DNA of 64,000 nt, taken from the NCBI GenBank assembly GCA_052327205.1, contig CM126209.1, positions 46,004,001 to 46,068,000 on the forward strand, written 5' to 3'. Each line of letters opens with the position of its first letter. The stretch's first letter is position 1. The notes beneath the pieces are model-generated. The model worked only from the letters and a program-made list of their open reading frames with translations, made no database searches and was not told where the DNA came from. Below are positions 62,161 to 64,000 of the stretch, piece by piece. This stretch comes from Somniosus microcephalus (taxonomy: Eukaryota). A program made the translations under genes and the position numbers.

Positions 62161-62735
62161 TGCTGTAGCAATGGAATAGTCTATTGTTTTATTGTTTGGA
62201 GTTACCGAGTGGAGATAGTTTTCTCTTTGAGTATTTCCGCCTTGTCAAAAATCTATTCGCAGGACAAACATTTTAAGTATATCAAGATCAAATGATCGTT
62301 ACTTTTTCAAGTACTATAAATAAAGTTGATTCCACCCCGGGTGGTGTAGATAATGAGAAGGGACATTCTCTCAGAGAGCATTAGCACGGACCTTTGTACA
62401 GCAAGGTGAAATTGACGAGGACCGGGTTTTTTTTTCATTCTCGTGGAACTCCCGCCCCAAGTTCAGTTCAATGAATGAATGTTGGCGGCGCTGAGGATCG
62501 CCTCCTGCGATCCAAGACAAACACTCTGACCTCGGATCTGGGAAAAGAATTATATCACTCAAAGCACATTTTCTTTTGGACGCAATCACCAGGACCAGGG
62601 CTTCACACAGTCCCTCAAAAAAAAGTGGGCAATTCATCCAATCGGCTACTCTTCCATTCTTGTAATGGGGATGGCGGGTGGGGGGGTATTGCATGTTTAG
62701 TTCTTAAACAATACAGTACACCACTAATATAACAT

Positions 62736-62882
62736 CAAAATACTGAGGATGCTGGAAATCTGAAATACAAACAGAAAATGCTGGAAATACTTTCGAAAAT
62801 ATTGACCTGAAACCTTAACTCTGTTTCTCTCTCCACAGATGCTGCCTGACCTGCCGAGTGTTCCCAGCATTTTCTGTTTTTA
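62736..62882. repeat. Inverted pair of Penelope-type terminal repeats
   Basis: AAACAGAAAATGCTGGAAATACT is inverted as AGTGTTCCCAGCATTTTCTGTTT. Contains GACCTGAAACCTTAACTCTG. Confidence 0.6.
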
Positions 62883-63863
62883 TGACAGTACACCGCTGAT
62901 AGTTTTTCTCGTAATTCCTTTTTGCGGCATAATAATTCGGTCTTATATATTGCCATCCTAACGTGTTTGTTGGGCTGTGTACCTTGGGCTAAGAGAAGAA
63001 TACAACAGGAAAAAAATACATTCTGTCACTCTGTATTTTTGAAGAAAGGATTATGCTTAGAACAAGTGAAAAAAAGTAACCAAACAAGTCCAAGCTTTAG
63101 GTTAGGACACCGGAGATCTATTAGCACCACTTTAAATTAAAGTTGCACATATGGAGACACGGGCCGACCCTGAAGGATTATATAATAGAGACAAATAGGA
63201 ACCTTCCACGTTCTTTTTTGAGATAAAGTTAAGATGCAATGAAATGAGTTAATGAATCATTAACGATTTAAATCGTCAGGGAGGCTTGTTTTGCAGCCAT
63301 TAAATTGCCATTAAAGAAATAGTTACCTCCTATGCACAGCTATATCTAGTTCAAAACGTGTTCCTAGCCTGACTGGGTCAGTATGGGCGCATTTGAAGAT
63401 TAAGAACAAGATATCAGAACCGAGCGAATTCGTTAATGAGTCAAGCGGGATAAAGATCCATAATAAGATGACTCGCCTAATTTACCGGTTCACTATGTAA
63501 AGTTTGATAATGACACTTGTCCGAAGGCTTTGTTATAAATGCTGCACTTTTCAGTTTAAACACTCAGAGCCATTAGGCGCTTCCGAATATATGGTGCAGA
63601 GAAATGGAAAGTGAACACACGTGATGGCAAAACTCACATTCCCACAGACCTACATTCGATTTTCCAAATGTAGACCAAGCATTTTCTCAAACAACATTCA
63701 CCATAATAATGAAAACAAATCACACACACACACACAATCTTTACTGAAAGTGTGAAACGCCCTCTCTTAAATCTGTTTAAAATAAAATAACTGAATTCTA
63801 CAAATACAGATTCGTTTCAAGGAATTAATTATTAAAATTCATGTAATAATTGCACATAGCGTC

Positions 63864-64000
63864 CAAATCACAGAATCACAGAAACCCCACAGTGCAGATA
63901 GAGGCCATTTCGGCCCATCGAGCCTGCACCGACACATATCCCACCCGATCCCTGTAACCCCTACACCGACACATATCCCACCCTATCCCCGTAACCCCAC
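63864..64000 (-). mobile_element. CR1/HE1-type SINE or LINE 3' tail, running off the window
   Basis: (ATCACAGA)2 tail plus GAGGCCATTTCGGCCCATCGAG, with a short internal duplication of CACCGACACATATCCCACC. Confidence 0.65.

Noticed and set aside
62736-62882. Possible hammerhead ribozyme in Penelope-type repeats (also 20988-21170, 15438-15525)
   Set aside because: A GAAAC half is present at ~62809, but the CTGANGA core is missing in these copies.
62922-63140. Short ORF resembling a neuropeptide precursor (hydrophobic stretch, KRR, SFRLG); checked because NPS neighbours FOXI2 in tetrapods
   Set aside because: It starts at TTG, has no clear exon structure and lacks the SFRNGVG motif. I found no NPS-like exon by eye in the window; TBLASTN would settle it.

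Overview
This is eukaryotic, repeat-rich vertebrate DNA. The CR1, L2, Deu-domain SINE and Penelope-type repeats point to a cartilaginous fish (shark); that is an inference from repeat content. One clear host gene is present: a two-exon forkhead gene (47095-47695 + 48444-48997, 384 aa) that best matches FoxI2 and sits in a CpG-retaining, transposon-poor domain. The upstream 45 kb is a mosaic of nested transposons. It holds a full-length Mag-like Gypsy LTR element (4387-9548; 191-bp LTRs, 5-bp TSD, PBS, PPT, three nonsense codons), a second deleted Gypsy, RTE/CR1/L2 LINE fragments, SINEs and several palindromic MITE families. Downstream of the gene is an ~8.8-kb G-rich tandem array (53377-62160) with a constant hairpin-capable core, two linker subtypes and kb-scale higher-order duplications. 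The best leads are this array, a MITE family with a structurally conserved subterminal hairpin, a GC-rich (ATTGA)n-tailed non-autonomous retroposon, a candidate upstream TATA first exon for foxi2, and an orphan exon-like ORF at 580-862. All family names come from recognising motifs by eye, not from database searches. No CRISPR or prokaryotic system is supported.
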